64,000 nt of DNA, taken from the NCBI GenBank assembly GCA_049603795.1, contig JBMYSY010000019.1, positions 2,870-66,869 on the forward strand, given 5' to 3'. The number at the start of each line of letters is the position of its first letter. Positions within the stretch are counted from its first letter, which is position 1. Shown piece by piece: positions 43,851-52,555 of this stretch. Position numbers and translations under genes: made by a program. The notes below the pieces were generated by a model. It was not told the DNA's origin. It saw only the letters and a program-made list of their open reading frames with translations, and searched no databases. The DNA comes from Magnetovibrionaceae bacterium. GTDB lineage: Bacteria > Pseudomonadota > Alphaproteobacteria > Rhodospirillales > JBMYSY01.

Positions 43851-44441
43851 TCATACCATTTCGTCAAAGCGATAGACTTTCAGGCTTTCCGCCATCCCGG
43901 CAGCTTCGGCGGATAGGGAATGGCACTGGGACAGGGCAAATACCCCGCTTGTCGTATGCAGGGGCGTGATGGTGATCTGGCTGTATTGTTCGCCTTTCAG
44001 GCGATGCTTTGATTTCGTGATCAAATCCAGCCGGCTGACGTCGTCGCTGTAGATGCCGTGGCGGGCAAGCGGCAACATGTATTCTTCATAATAGTCACGA
44101 CCGTAATACTGCCACATGAAATTCCCCTTCATTTCCTGTGGCGATGATCCGAAATGCTCGGCCTGGCTCTTTGAAACGTCGACGATCCGGGCACCGGGAA
44201 GAACGATCGAGGCCCGCCCCGGTGACGCCCGCACGATGCGCAGCGCCGTCTCGAGAGCACTGTCCTGGCCGGTATACATCAGGTCCCGAAGCCGCTTCTG
44301 CATGGCAATCGAGGGCGTATCCACACCGCGTTCCCAGCGCGAGATGGTGGTCTGGTCAACCTGAAGAAAGTACGCAAGCGCATCCTGCTTCAAGCCCTGT
44401 TGTTGTCGGTAGGACCGGATCAGAACAGGCCAGCCAGCCAT
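43851..44441 (-). CDS. XRE-family HTH transcriptional regulator with a C-terminal sensor-like domain
   Basis: LIRSYRQQQGLKQDALAYFLQVDQTTISRWERG is an HTH_XRE motif. Start chosen at MAGWPV (44441). The upstream part of the 412-aa track ORF overlaps the opposite-strand gene and is rejected. Confidence 0.8.
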   Translation of the reverse strand: MAGWPVLIRSYRQQQGLKQDALAYFLQVDQTTISRWERGVDTPSIAMQKRLRDLMYTGQDSALETALRIVRASPGRASIVLPGARIVDVSKSQAEHFGSSPQEMKGNFMWQYYGRDYYEEYMLPLARHGIYSDDVSRLDLITKSKHRLKGEQYSQITITPLHTTSGVFALSQCHSLSAEAAGMAESLKVYRFDEMV

Positions 44442-44663
44442 TTTCGAGCCTCTCCAAAAGCGTTTCGATTTCTCAACCGTGCGTACTTTTTCACAGCTTC
44501 CCCATGGACGCAAATGGATGAACTCGGCAGGCCGGAAAGCCCACCTGAAAACACCTAAAGCATCTCTTGAAGGGCCAGGATGCAGGTTTTTAAAATTACA
44601 CCCAATCACCTGACAAAAAATAAAATAATATCTAGTGTCGCACCGATAGGAGGCTGAGGAATT

Positions 44664-45122
44664 ATGAATTCTAACCGATGGATAAAAGTATTTAGTGCTA
44701 TTTTTATAAGCTTGTTTTTGCACGCTTGCTCGGAGGATGTGAACTACACACCGCCTGAGGGAAGTACGGAGATGGCTATTACACATTATTCCTACGACAA
44801 AATCACCATCGATGGTGAGAAGTTCGACATGGATCTGATTATTTCGCCAAGTGGAGACGTTTCGAGCTGGGCCTTCGACCGTGTCACCCACCGGATCACA
44901 CCGGTCGATTTCCAAGACCTGGTCACCGAAGAGGTCAAGACCATCATCATCGGCACCGGTTACAACGGAGACGGCTATCTTGATGCGGAGGCGAAGGCCT
45001 TGACGAAAGAACTGCAGGGAAAGGGCGTTGCGGTCCATATCCTGCCGACCAGCAAGGCGGTGAACCTGTTCAACGCCACACCCAAGCAAGGATTACTGAC
45101 CTTGCTTCATATCCGTTACTGA
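44664..45122 (+). CDS. Mth938-like (DUF498) domain lipoprotein
   Basis: AGGAGG RBS, lipobox LFLHAC, and ITIDGEKFDMDLII...TIIIGTGYNG...VHILPT. Confidence 0.7.
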   Translation: MNSNRWIKVFSAIFISLFLHACSEDVNYTPPEGSTEMAITHYSYDKITIDGEKFDMDLIISPSGDVSSWAFDRVTHRITPVDFQDLVTEEVKTIIIGTGYNGDGYLDAEAKALTKELQGKGVAVHILPTSKAVNLFNATPKQGLLTLLHIRY

Positions 45123-45231
45123 TCCCGTAGGTATCATTGCCCCAGGTATTATCGCCCAAGGAATTCCAAACAGGCTTTCTGCTGGCCGAAACCCTTGATC
45201 ATCGCGGATGCTGGTCTAAAACTCACCGCAC

Positions 45232-46191
45232 ATGGTCGAGATTTTCGTCACGATTGGTCCTGTCTTCCTGCTGATTGCGGTCGGGTACGCCAGTGTGCGG
45301 TCCGGCCTCTTTCCGGCGACCGGCATCGCCGGGCTGATCACCTTCGTGAATACCTTCGCCGTGCCCTGCCTGCTGTTCCAGGCCATGCTGCATGTGGATT
45401 TCGAATCCGCCTTTGATCCGGGATATCTCGCATCCTTTTATATCGGTGCGGTGGTGGTCTATGCCGCAGGGGCGTTGATTTCCCGGCGGCTGTTCAAGCG
45501 CCGTCCAGGCGAGGCCTCGGTGATCGCCTTTGCAGGCTACTTCACAAACACCGTCCTCGTCGGCCTGCCGATCATCGACCGGGCCTTTGGCGAGGGTGCT
45601 CTGCCGCTGGCCTACGCGATCATCGGGTTCCATGCCCCGCTTTTGATGAGCCTGGGCACGGTCCTGTCCGAATGGTCGCGGCGCGATGGCGAACCCCTTG
45701 GCAGGGCCTTCGTGAAAATCACCAAACGGATCCTGGCCAACCCGCTTTTGATCGGCATTGCGCTTGGCGCGGCGGCCAATCTTTCCGGCCTCGGTGTTCC
45801 GGCGGTCATCAACGACGCAACCGAGATGCTGGCCATCGCCGTCCTGCCGACCGCCCTGTTCGGGCTCGGCGGGGCCCTGAACGAATACAAACTCCGCGAA
45901 AGCTGGGCCGAGGCCCTGGTGGCCTCGGTGCTGAAGCTGGTGATCCATCCGCTCTGTGCGCTTGTCCTGGCCGTCTTCGTCTTCCAGCTGCCCCAGGAAC
46001 TCGCCCGCGTCGCGGTCCTGATGGCGGCCATGCCGGCGGGACTCAACGTCTACGTCTTTGCCTTCCACTACCAGCGCTGTACGGATGTGGCGGCGAACAC
46101 GGTCCTGATCTCGACCATTCTGTCCGCACTGAGCGTCTCAGCCTGGCTGATGGTTCTGGACCTCATCAGCCTGTCTTCGATCAGGCTCTAG
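45232..46191 (+). CDS. AEC (auxin efflux carrier) family transporter
   Basis: About ten TM segments. The N-terminus IFVTIGPVFLLIAVGY is typical of the family. Confidence 0.9.
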   Translation: MVEIFVTIGPVFLLIAVGYASVRSGLFPATGIAGLITFVNTFAVPCLLFQAMLHVDFESAFDPGYLASFYIGAVVVYAAGALISRRLFKRRPGEASVIAFAGYFTNTVLVGLPIIDRAFGEGALPLAYAIIGFHAPLLMSLGTVLSEWSRRDGEPLGRAFVKITKRILANPLLIGIALGAAANLSGLGVPAVINDATEMLAIAVLPTALFGLGGALNEYKLRESWAEALVASVLKLVIHPLCALVLAVFVFQLPQELARVAVLMAAMPAGLNVYVFAFHYQRCTDVAANTVLISTILSALSVSAWLMVLDLISLSSIRL

Positions 46192-46246
46192 GGAGGATGC
46201 CTGGAACCTCCCGGAATGCCTCGGGAAAGCGTGACTTGGTGCCCGA

Positions 46247-46627
46247 TTATTGATCCTTAAAGCGGGTCAAAGCTTTGACCGCGCTGGAGAGTTTGCCTTT
46301 TGAATTGGATTGGCACCAGTTGGCCACCCATTCTCTCGCCTGGTTGAGCGTCATGTTGCCCAGGAGACTAAATCTGCCGTTCCGCACAGCGGCGTTGTAG
46401 GCGGTCAGGTAGCCATCGATCCAACTGAAGGCGGCCAGGGTTTCCTTTGGCCCGTCAAAATCCTCTTCGCCTGTCAGAACCGCCTTGGAATAGGCATCGA
46501 GATAGGCGGTGCAGGTGGTCTTACCGTGCACCAGATAGGCCCCCGCCTGGTCTTTTGCCCCCGCCGGGGTGCAGATGCCGAACGTGATCATCACCATGGC
46601 GGCGAAAAAGAACTGTTTCATTGGCAA
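46247..46627 (-). CDS. Periplasmic hypothetical protein (126 aa)
   Basis: Signal peptide MPMKQFFFAAMVMITFGICTPAGA. I recognise no confident family. Confidence 0.65.
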   Translation of the reverse strand: MPMKQFFFAAMVMITFGICTPAGAKDQAGAYLVHGKTTCTAYLDAYSKAVLTGEEDFDGPKETLAAFSWIDGYLTAYNAAVRNGRFSLLGNMTLNQAREWVANWCQSNSKGKLSSAVKALTRFKDQ

Positions 46628-46849
46628 AATCCTCCTGCCCCGCAGCCTATTGCCGATCCGGACCGGCTTGCAAGCCGAGGATTCCGTTGCCGGGGGATTT
46701 TGGTGCCACTGCTCTAAACACCTCCTCGCCCGGTCGGCCTGCGAGGTTGGGTTTCACCACAGAGAGACCGTGTTCTTCCTGCCGTAACCTCGCAAGCGGG
46801 GTGGCCAGGGGGATGGGCAGGTGGGATGGCCTGGGGGATGGCGCTGGGA

Positions 46850-47557
46850 TCAGAGGCCCTGGCCCAAGAACGTACTGCCCCGGATCCATCGCTGAAGTTT
46901 CCGCGCCAAGCCCGGCAGGAATCGGTTCAAGCGATCACACTCCCGACAGAGTTCATCGACGAGCCTCGGGTCCTTGCGGTCGTTGAAGACAGCCCCCGTG
47001 ATCGCCACCCCGGCGTCCGCGCAGATCCCGGCGGCTTCCAGCATTTCGCCTTCGCTGACGCCGCCCGAAGGCACCACCAGCACGGCACTGGAGCAGGCAC
47101 GGGCCACCAGGGCGGGGGGGACGTTGCCCCGGTTCTTGGAAAGCAAGGGCGAGCAGTCGATGATCACGGCGTCAAACGCCTGTTCCAGAGCCGTGATAAA
47201 GGCCTTGATCAGGCCCGGCTCGCGGAAGCTGACGTGCTCGGCCGACAGGGGGGCGGTCAGCAGGTGAACACCGCTGGTCCCCAAGGCCACGGCCTTCTCC
47301 GCAATCGTCTCGTCATCCGCCGTCCAATCGAACCGCGGCAGCGCCAGACGGGCCCCCAGGGCGGGTTGGGCGAGGTTGAGCTCGACCAGCAAGGTTCGCT
47401 TGCCCGACTCGGCGACCCGGCGGGCCAGGGCATAGGCCAGTGTCGAGCTACCGCCCCGGGGCTTCGGAGTCAGCAGCGCGACAGAGCGCTGACCGGTCCC
47501 GAAGGTGGCCGACGAAATCGCCTCGACCTCGGCATAACGAATGGGAAGCGGGATCAT
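46850..47557 (-). CDS. BY-kinase/MinD-like P-loop protein with a degenerate Walker A
   Basis: The layout matches CpsD/EpsG-type ATPases (VIIDCSPLL Walker A', AVLVVPSG Walker B region). The Walker A reads PRGGSSTLA, with no Lys, and there is no C-terminal Tyr cluster. Confidence 0.75.
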   Translation of the reverse strand: MIPLPIRYAEVEAISSATFGTGQRSVALLTPKPRGGSSTLAYALARRVAESGKRTLLVELNLAQPALGARLALPRFDWTADDETIAEKAVALGTSGVHLLTAPLSAEHVSFREPGLIKAFITALEQAFDAVIIDCSPLLSKNRGNVPPALVARACSSAVLVVPSGGVSEGEMLEAAGICADAGVAITGAVFNDRKDPRLVDELCRECDRLNRFLPGLARKLQRWIRGSTFLGQGL

Positions 47558-47569
47558 GAGAAATCCTCC

Positions 47570-49732
47570 TTAACCGCCGAAGCTTGTGGCGAGACGCACG
47601 AGGGAGAGGACGGAAACCGCATCCCGAAGTGCCGCCGAAAGAATGGAATACGGGCTTTGGCCCTCGTTCGGGACGTAGACCGTATCCCCCGCCCGGATCA
47701 CCGGCAGGTCTTCGAAGGCACCGGTCTTCGCGAAGTGCACGAGGTCGAAGCTGCGGGCTCGGGATTCGTCACCGGCTGCATTCACCACCACAATCCGTTC
47801 CTGGTAGGCGCTGCGGGTCGGGCCACCGGCCTCGGCCAGCAGGTCCAGGATGGTCATGCTGTCATCGAATTTGTATCGGCCGGGCCGGGCGACTTCGCCC
47901 AGGACGCGGACGGTGAGTTCCTTCGGCTTGTCCAGCCAGTCACGCTGACGGGTCGGGATGAAGATCACATCTTCGGGCTTCACCTCGGGCAGCAGGGATT
48001 CGTCACCGGTTTCGAAGTAGAGCGAAAGGTTGAGCTTCGTCACCTCCATGGTATCGCCACCCCGGTGGGAAATCCGGATGTTGCGCAGATCAGCCGTACC
48101 GGTCGGTCCGTCGGCGGCAGCCAGAATGTCGAGGAAATTCAGATCACTGTTGAAGGCGAAACGGCCCGGCGCACCCACGGCACCCATGATGTAGATCGAC
48201 CGGTCAGACGCTTGGCGGACCCACTGGGATTTGTTGTTGTTCGGGTCCTTCGGCAGTTCCGGCACGACCACCGTGTCTCCGGCGGCAATCACCGGCACGT
48301 CCGTCCCGGCACCACCGGTTTCCAGGTAGGCCTTGAAATCGAACAGGGCGGGCGTCGCGCTGTCGTCATCGCCTTTCAGCACCTGGATGTGCGCCGTATC
48401 GGCGGCGGCCATCGGGCCACCGGCATGGGCCATCAGATCCAGCAGGTTCATTTCGTCGGACCATTCGTAGCGACCGGGACGGTTCACCGCACCCATGATC
48501 CGAACGGCACGGTTCGGGGCCACCTTCAGCCAGGACTTTTCGTTCATGTCGGTCTTTTCGGGGACGAGGACGGCATCACCCGGTTCGATCTGCGGCAGAG
48601 GCAGATCGTTGGTGCCTTCGGTATAGCCCTGCAGATCAAAGGGCTGGACCGCACCATCGGCCTTCAGGATCCGGATCTGGCGGGTTTCAGCAAAGCGGGT
48701 CGGACCTCCGGCGTTGGCCAGAATATCGAAGAATTCGGCACCTTCCTTTGTCTCGTAGGCACCGGGCTTGAACACCTCGCCCATGACATAGACCACACGG
48801 GCACCGACCTTCACCTGTTCGGTCGCCTGGGGCACGAAGATCGTGTCGCCGGCAGCCAGCGGGGGCAGATTGTCCGCCAGGCCGGTGTCCAGATATTCGC
48901 GCATGTTGAACGGATGCGGCTCCCCTTCGGAGATCACGCGGATCTGTTCGATCCCGGCGTAACGAGTCACACCACCGGCGCGCATCAGGAAATCGATGAC
49001 CGTGCCCTCGCCCTTCCAGGCGAAAACGCCGGGGCGGTGGACCTCACCGAAAACCGTGATGGCGGAACCATCCTCTGCCGCGTCGCCGGCAGCTGTCAGT
49101 GTCCGCGCATCGAATTCCACCTGCACATTGCCGGTAAGCGGCGAAGCGGGCACAAAGACGGTATCGAGGGCCTGAAGCTTCGGCACGTCGGCGTCATTTC
49201 CGGTGTCCAGGTAGTGTTTGAAGTCGAAGGTCGTCACCTGGCCACCACGGCGGACTTGCAAACGGTCGAGCTGCGCGCCCTGAGCCAAGCCACCGGCGGC
49301 GTTCAACGCCATCTGCACGGTGGCACCGACGGGCAGGTCCACCGGCCCCGGCGTATTGACATAGCCCAGCACGTTGACCGGCAGGCGGCGTTCCTTGAGC
49401 GCCACCTGAAGCCGATCAAGATCCCGATAGACGTCCGAGAGCGCCGCCTCTATGGCGATGCGGGCTTCCGGGATGGATTTACCGGCGAGCGCCACGGTGC
49501 CCACTTCCGGGATCATCACCGTGCCGTCACGATCAATCGCGAAAGGTTCTTCGAAGGCGGCCTCACCCGGCAGGGCGATGATCAGGATATCGCCGATACC
49601 AAGCGTGACCGTTTCCGCCTTCACCGACGTCGACAGGGCGACCACGGCAAAGATCATCGTCACCAGGAAGGCGGCCAGAGAAAAGAAATAACCGGCCGTC
49701 ATCAGAAGGCCAAAGGGGCTTTGCGGTTTCAT
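47570..49732 (-). CDS. Polysaccharide export protein (Wza-like) with about seven SLBB-type repeats
   Basis: Start chosen at MKPQSPF (49732). It has an N-terminal TM/signal segment and reiterated modules, each ending in a GD.(I/V).VP motif. Confidence 0.85.
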   Translation of the reverse strand: MKPQSPFGLLMTAGYFFSLAAFLVTMIFAVVALSTSVKAETVTLGIGDILIIALPGEAAFEEPFAIDRDGTVMIPEVGTVALAGKSIPEARIAIEAALSDVYRDLDRLQVALKERRLPVNVLGYVNTPGPVDLPVGATVQMALNAAGGLAQGAQLDRLQVRRGGQVTTFDFKHYLDTGNDADVPKLQALDTVFVPASPLTGNVQVEFDARTLTAAGDAAEDGSAITVFGEVHRPGVFAWKGEGTVIDFLMRAGGVTRYAGIEQIRVISEGEPHPFNMREYLDTGLADNLPPLAAGDTIFVPQATEQVKVGARVVYVMGEVFKPGAYETKEGAEFFDILANAGGPTRFAETRQIRILKADGAVQPFDLQGYTEGTNDLPLPQIEPGDAVLVPEKTDMNEKSWLKVAPNRAVRIMGAVNRPGRYEWSDEMNLLDLMAHAGGPMAAADTAHIQVLKGDDDSATPALFDFKAYLETGGAGTDVPVIAAGDTVVVPELPKDPNNNKSQWVRQASDRSIYIMGAVGAPGRFAFNSDLNFLDILAAADGPTGTADLRNIRISHRGGDTMEVTKLNLSLYFETGDESLLPEVKPEDVIFIPTRQRDWLDKPKELTVRVLGEVARPGRYKFDDSMTILDLLAEAGGPTRSAYQERIVVVNAAGDESRARSFDLVHFAKTGAFEDLPVIRAGDTVYVPNEGQSPYSILSAALRDAVSVLSLVRLATSFGG

Positions 49733-50151
49733 GTGCAGTCCTCCTGCACCGGGGTTTGGGAAACGGGGAAAATACCCAGGGTGGGTTGCACGTCCTGCCA
49801 GCGCGCATCCAGGCCCTGCATCATGTGAAGAGCCAGGCGGATGTCCTGGGCCGCCGGGCCTTCCAGGCCACCGGCATGCGCCCGGGCGGCGCGGTCCCAC
49901 TGACGGTTCGCAGCATGGAGTGCCGCCGGGTAGACCAGGCCGACCCCTTCGTCGGTCAGGCGCTGCAGGGCAGCCTTGATGCAGGTCAGGCGATCACTGT
50001 TCCGCCGCACGGTCGACGTTCTGTGGAACACGTCCGGTTCCATCACCGGGGTCTGCTCCGCCCAGCCACCACCTTCGTAGACAGGCCAGGGCGCGCAGGC
50101 CGAGGCACCGGCCATCAGGCCGAGGGCCAGAAAAGCTCCGAGCCGGTTCAT
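49729..50151 (-). CDS. Hypothetical lipoprotein (140 aa)
   Basis: Lipobox LMAGASAC. ATGA overlaps link it to both neighbours. Confidence 0.65.
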   Translation of the reverse strand: MNRLGAFLALGLMAGASACAPWPVYEGGGWAEQTPVMEPDVFHRTSTVRRNSDRLTCIKAALQRLTDEGVGLVYPAALHAANRQWDRAARAHAGGLEGPAAQDIRLALHMMQGLDARWQDVQPTLGIFPVSQTPVQEDCT

Positions 50152-50450
50152 GCCGCCACCTCTTGGGCCTGGACCGGAATGGAACGATCCAGCCGCACCA
50201 TCTTGATCAGGTCCAGCGGTTGACCGGAAACGTCGGCGAGGATGATGCCGCGTTTTTTCGGGGCCAGACGCTTGAACAGAAAAACGATCCCCCCAAGGCC
50301 TGAAGAGTCCATGAAACGGGTCAGCGAAAAGTCCAGGACGACGGTGCCCTCGCCGCTCTGCGACAGATCGTCAAAGCGCTGACGAATGCCGTCGATGGCG
50401 GCGGCATCGAAGTTTTCGGGCAGAATGAAGCGGGTTTCGGTGTTCGACAT
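50148..50450 (-). CDS. STAS-domain anti-sigma-factor antagonist (SpoIIAA/RsbV-like)
   Basis: VVLDFSLTRFMDSSGLGGIVFLFKRL carries the conserved phosphorylatable DSSG context. GAGGAGG RBS. Confidence 0.85.
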   Translation of the reverse strand: MSNTETRFILPENFDAAAIDGIRQRFDDLSQSGEGTVVLDFSLTRFMDSSGLGGIVFLFKRLAPKKRGIILADVSGQPLDLIKMVRLDRSIPVQAQEVAA

Positions 50451-50495
50451 TTGAGCCTCCTCATGGGCTAGCGTTCAGGTGTTGCCCGAGGGGAG

Positions 50496-50511
50496 TGCAG
50501 CCGGCGTGCCA
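50496..50511 (-). promoter_or_regulatory. Sigma-54 promoter (P3): TGGCACG-CCGG-CTGCA
   Basis: The minus strand reads CCCTGGCACGCCGGCTGCAC. The -12 GC lies 47 nt upstream of the STAS ATG (50450). A perfect IHF consensus AATCAATAATTTA lies on the minus strand at 50528-50540. Confidence 0.65.
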
Positions 50512-50587
50512 GGGGAATATCCAACCTTAAATTATTGATTTTGTTATATTTCCAAATTCCCTCTGATCGAAGGAAACTGGAAAGTTT

Positions 50588-50624
50588 CGAAAAATGCGAA
50601 ACCCCGCCGCAATTTGCGACGGGG
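50588..50624 (-). terminator. Rho-independent terminator after the priming sugar transferase gene
   Basis: The minus strand reads CCCCGTCGCAAATTGCGGCGGGG (one mismatch in the stem) followed by TTTCGCATTTTTCG. Confidence 0.6.
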
Positions 50625-50651
50625 CCTCAGGGTGGTAATGAAAAATCGGAC

Positions 50652-51323
50652 CTACTGGCCCCGTGCACCAAAGACCACGCCGACGGTCTTCCAGATGACC
50701 AGGACGTCCATGGTGATCCAGGCCCGGAAAGAACCCAGTGCTGCGGCGTAGGAATGGTCATAGGCGACCTTGGATCGCACATCCTCGATCGAGGCATCGT
50801 ATCCCTGGAACACCTGGGCCAGGCCCGTGATGCCCGGACGAAGACCGCCCGTGCGTTCCGCATAAAAGGGAATCGCCTGTTCCAGCTTGTCGTAGAAGCC
50901 GGGGCGTTCGGGGCGCGGGCCAACCAGGGACATTTCGCCGCGTAACACATTGATCAATTGCGGAATTTCATCCAGCCGGGTCTTCCGAAGGAAGCGCCCG
51001 ACGCGGGTTACGCGGGGATCCGTCTTGGTGGCCCAGACAGCGCCGGAGGCGGCTTCGGCGTCCGTTGTCATGGAGCGGAATTTGATCATTTCAAACAGCT
51101 CGGTGACCTGCGCCTTGGCCTGGCCGACGCGCAATTGGCGGAACAGCACAGGACCCTTGCTGTCCAACTTGATCGCCAGTGCGATCAGCGGCAACAGGGG
51201 GGCTGCGAGGGTAAGCCCGACGAGGGCACCGACGATATCGACAGCGCGTTTTGCCCCGGCCACGGCCGCCGGTACATGGTCCTGCGGCTCAAGGGCAGTG
51301 GTTTGAAGGGTAGCGGTCATCAT
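50652..51323 (-). CDS. Undecaprenyl-phosphate sugar phosphotransferase (ExoY/WbaP C-terminal type priming transferase)
   Basis: KRAVDIV, QLRVG, KFRSM, DEIPQLINVLRGEMSLVGPRPERP. Confidence 0.9.
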   Translation of the reverse strand: MMTATLQTTALEPQDHVPAAVAGAKRAVDIVGALVGLTLAAPLLPLIALAIKLDSKGPVLFRQLRVGQAKAQVTELFEMIKFRSMTTDAEAASGAVWATKTDPRVTRVGRFLRKTRLDEIPQLINVLRGEMSLVGPRPERPGFYDKLEQAIPFYAERTGGLRPGITGLAQVFQGYDASIEDVRSKVAYDHSYAAALGSFRAWITMDVLVIWKTVGVVFGARGQ

Positions 51324-51349
51324 GGATCAACTCCTTGTCAAATATATGT

Positions 51350-52543
51350 TTATTGGCTCGCGCGAAGGGGCTGCGTCGAAGCCTGGCTCGCCCGAACCCA
51401 GGGAGTCCGGTAGCCACCCGCCAAAAAGCGCATCAAGCCGATCAGTCCGGCCGTATGACCGGCGATCAGATAGGCCAGGGCCGCACTGATCCGCTTGAGG
51501 CGCTTTGGCAGGGGGAGCTTTGCATGGCCCATGCCAGCCAAGGCCAGCCCGAGGAGACCGATTGCGGTCATCACGGCAAACGGCATGCTCTCGACGGAAA
51601 GCCAAGCGGAACCCAGGCCGCCGATGAGCAACAGGGGGGCCATGACGGCCCGAAGCGCCTTGCCGGAAAGAAAGCAGAAGGCGACCCCGACTTGGCGCGA
51701 GATAAGCAGGCCGGGGAGACGCAACACCTGTTGCAGGTTGCCTGCGGCGATACGCTGTCGGCGGCGGAAGTCCATGGACCGGGTCGCCGTTTCCCGCTCG
51801 GCGCACCGGATCCCGGTGTCGTAGATCGCGCGGTAGCCTTTGGCGACGATACCCATCGGCAGGATGAAATCGTCGTTGATGGTATCCGCCGCCAGCGGTT
51901 CAACAAGGGCGGTCCGCACGGCGTAGAAGGCCCCATGGACACCCAGAGGTGCGCCGAGAGCGGCTTCCCCTTGCTTCACCGCCGTCTGATAGCGCCAGTA
52001 GGCGGCTTCGCCTTCATCCATCGGACGGTCGAGAGCATAGCCCCCGGCGACGACACCCACCTCGGCCTTGTTAAACCAGGCCATGGATCGGCGAAGGGCA
52101 TCCGGCTCCAGCGAGGCCGAGATATCGCTGAAGGCCAGGATATCGCTCTCGACCAGGCCGAGGGCCTGGTTCAAACAGGCAACCTTGCCTCGGTTTTCGG
52201 CGTTGTCGACGACAGTGAGCTCGAACCCTTTCGTCTTGAGCAATCCCGCCTTCCTGCGTGCAAGGGCAACCGTTTTGTCCGTGCAGCCATCCGAGACGAC
52301 CAGAATGCGGAGCTTGCCGGCCGGGTAATCGAGCTTGGCAAGATTCTCCAGCTTCTGCCCGATGAAGGCCTCTTCCTGGTATGCCGGCATCACCACGGTA
52401 ACTGCAGGCAGATCGGCTTCGGCGACCACAGGGGGCCTCTGTGCAACGGCTCTCCGGCGGGCGGCCTTGAGGATCAGCGGATAGCCCGCGTGGTGGAAGG
52501 CGGCGAGGCCCAGGCTCGTCAGGGTTACGGTTTCAAGCAACAT
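51350..52543 (-). CDS. Family 2 glycosyltransferase with C-terminal TM segments
   Basis: VTVVMPAYQEE, VVSDGCTDKT and FSDISA (DxD-like), with a membrane-spanning C-terminus. Confidence 0.85.
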   Translation of the reverse strand: MLLETVTLTSLGLAAFHHAGYPLILKAARRRAVAQRPPVVAEADLPAVTVVMPAYQEEAFIGQKLENLAKLDYPAGKLRILVVSDGCTDKTVALARRKAGLLKTKGFELTVVDNAENRGKVACLNQALGLVESDILAFSDISASLEPDALRRSMAWFNKAEVGVVAGGYALDRPMDEGEAAYWRYQTAVKQGEAALGAPLGVHGAFYAVRTALVEPLAADTINDDFILPMGIVAKGYRAIYDTGIRCAERETATRSMDFRRRQRIAAGNLQQVLRLPGLLISRQVGVAFCFLSGKALRAVMAPLLLIGGLGSAWLSVESMPFAVMTAIGLLGLALAGMGHAKLPLPKRLKRISAALAYLIAGHTAGLIGLMRFLAGGYRTPWVRASQASTQPLRASQ

Positions 52544-52555
52544 GATCCGTCCTCC

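Noticed and set aside
44442-45089. N-terminal 216-aa extension of the XRE regulator ORF (track ORF 43851-45089)
   Set aside because: The extension runs antisense through the RBS-preceded Mth938-like lipoprotein gene and the AT-rich intergenic region. The HTH begins right after the internal Met at 44441.
46826-49828. 1000-aa plus-strand ORF. Similar long ORFs are 51335-53191 (+), 60037-61713 (+), 42406-43572 (+), 54000-55055 (+), 28232-29428 (-), 26881-27963 (-) and 37533-38297 (+)
   Set aside because: All lie antisense to genes with clear family motifs (Wza-like, GT2/GT4, glmS, selO, Wzz-like, rpsA, cmk). They have the low-complexity Arg/Gly/Pro/His-rich composition typical of GC-rich shadow frames.
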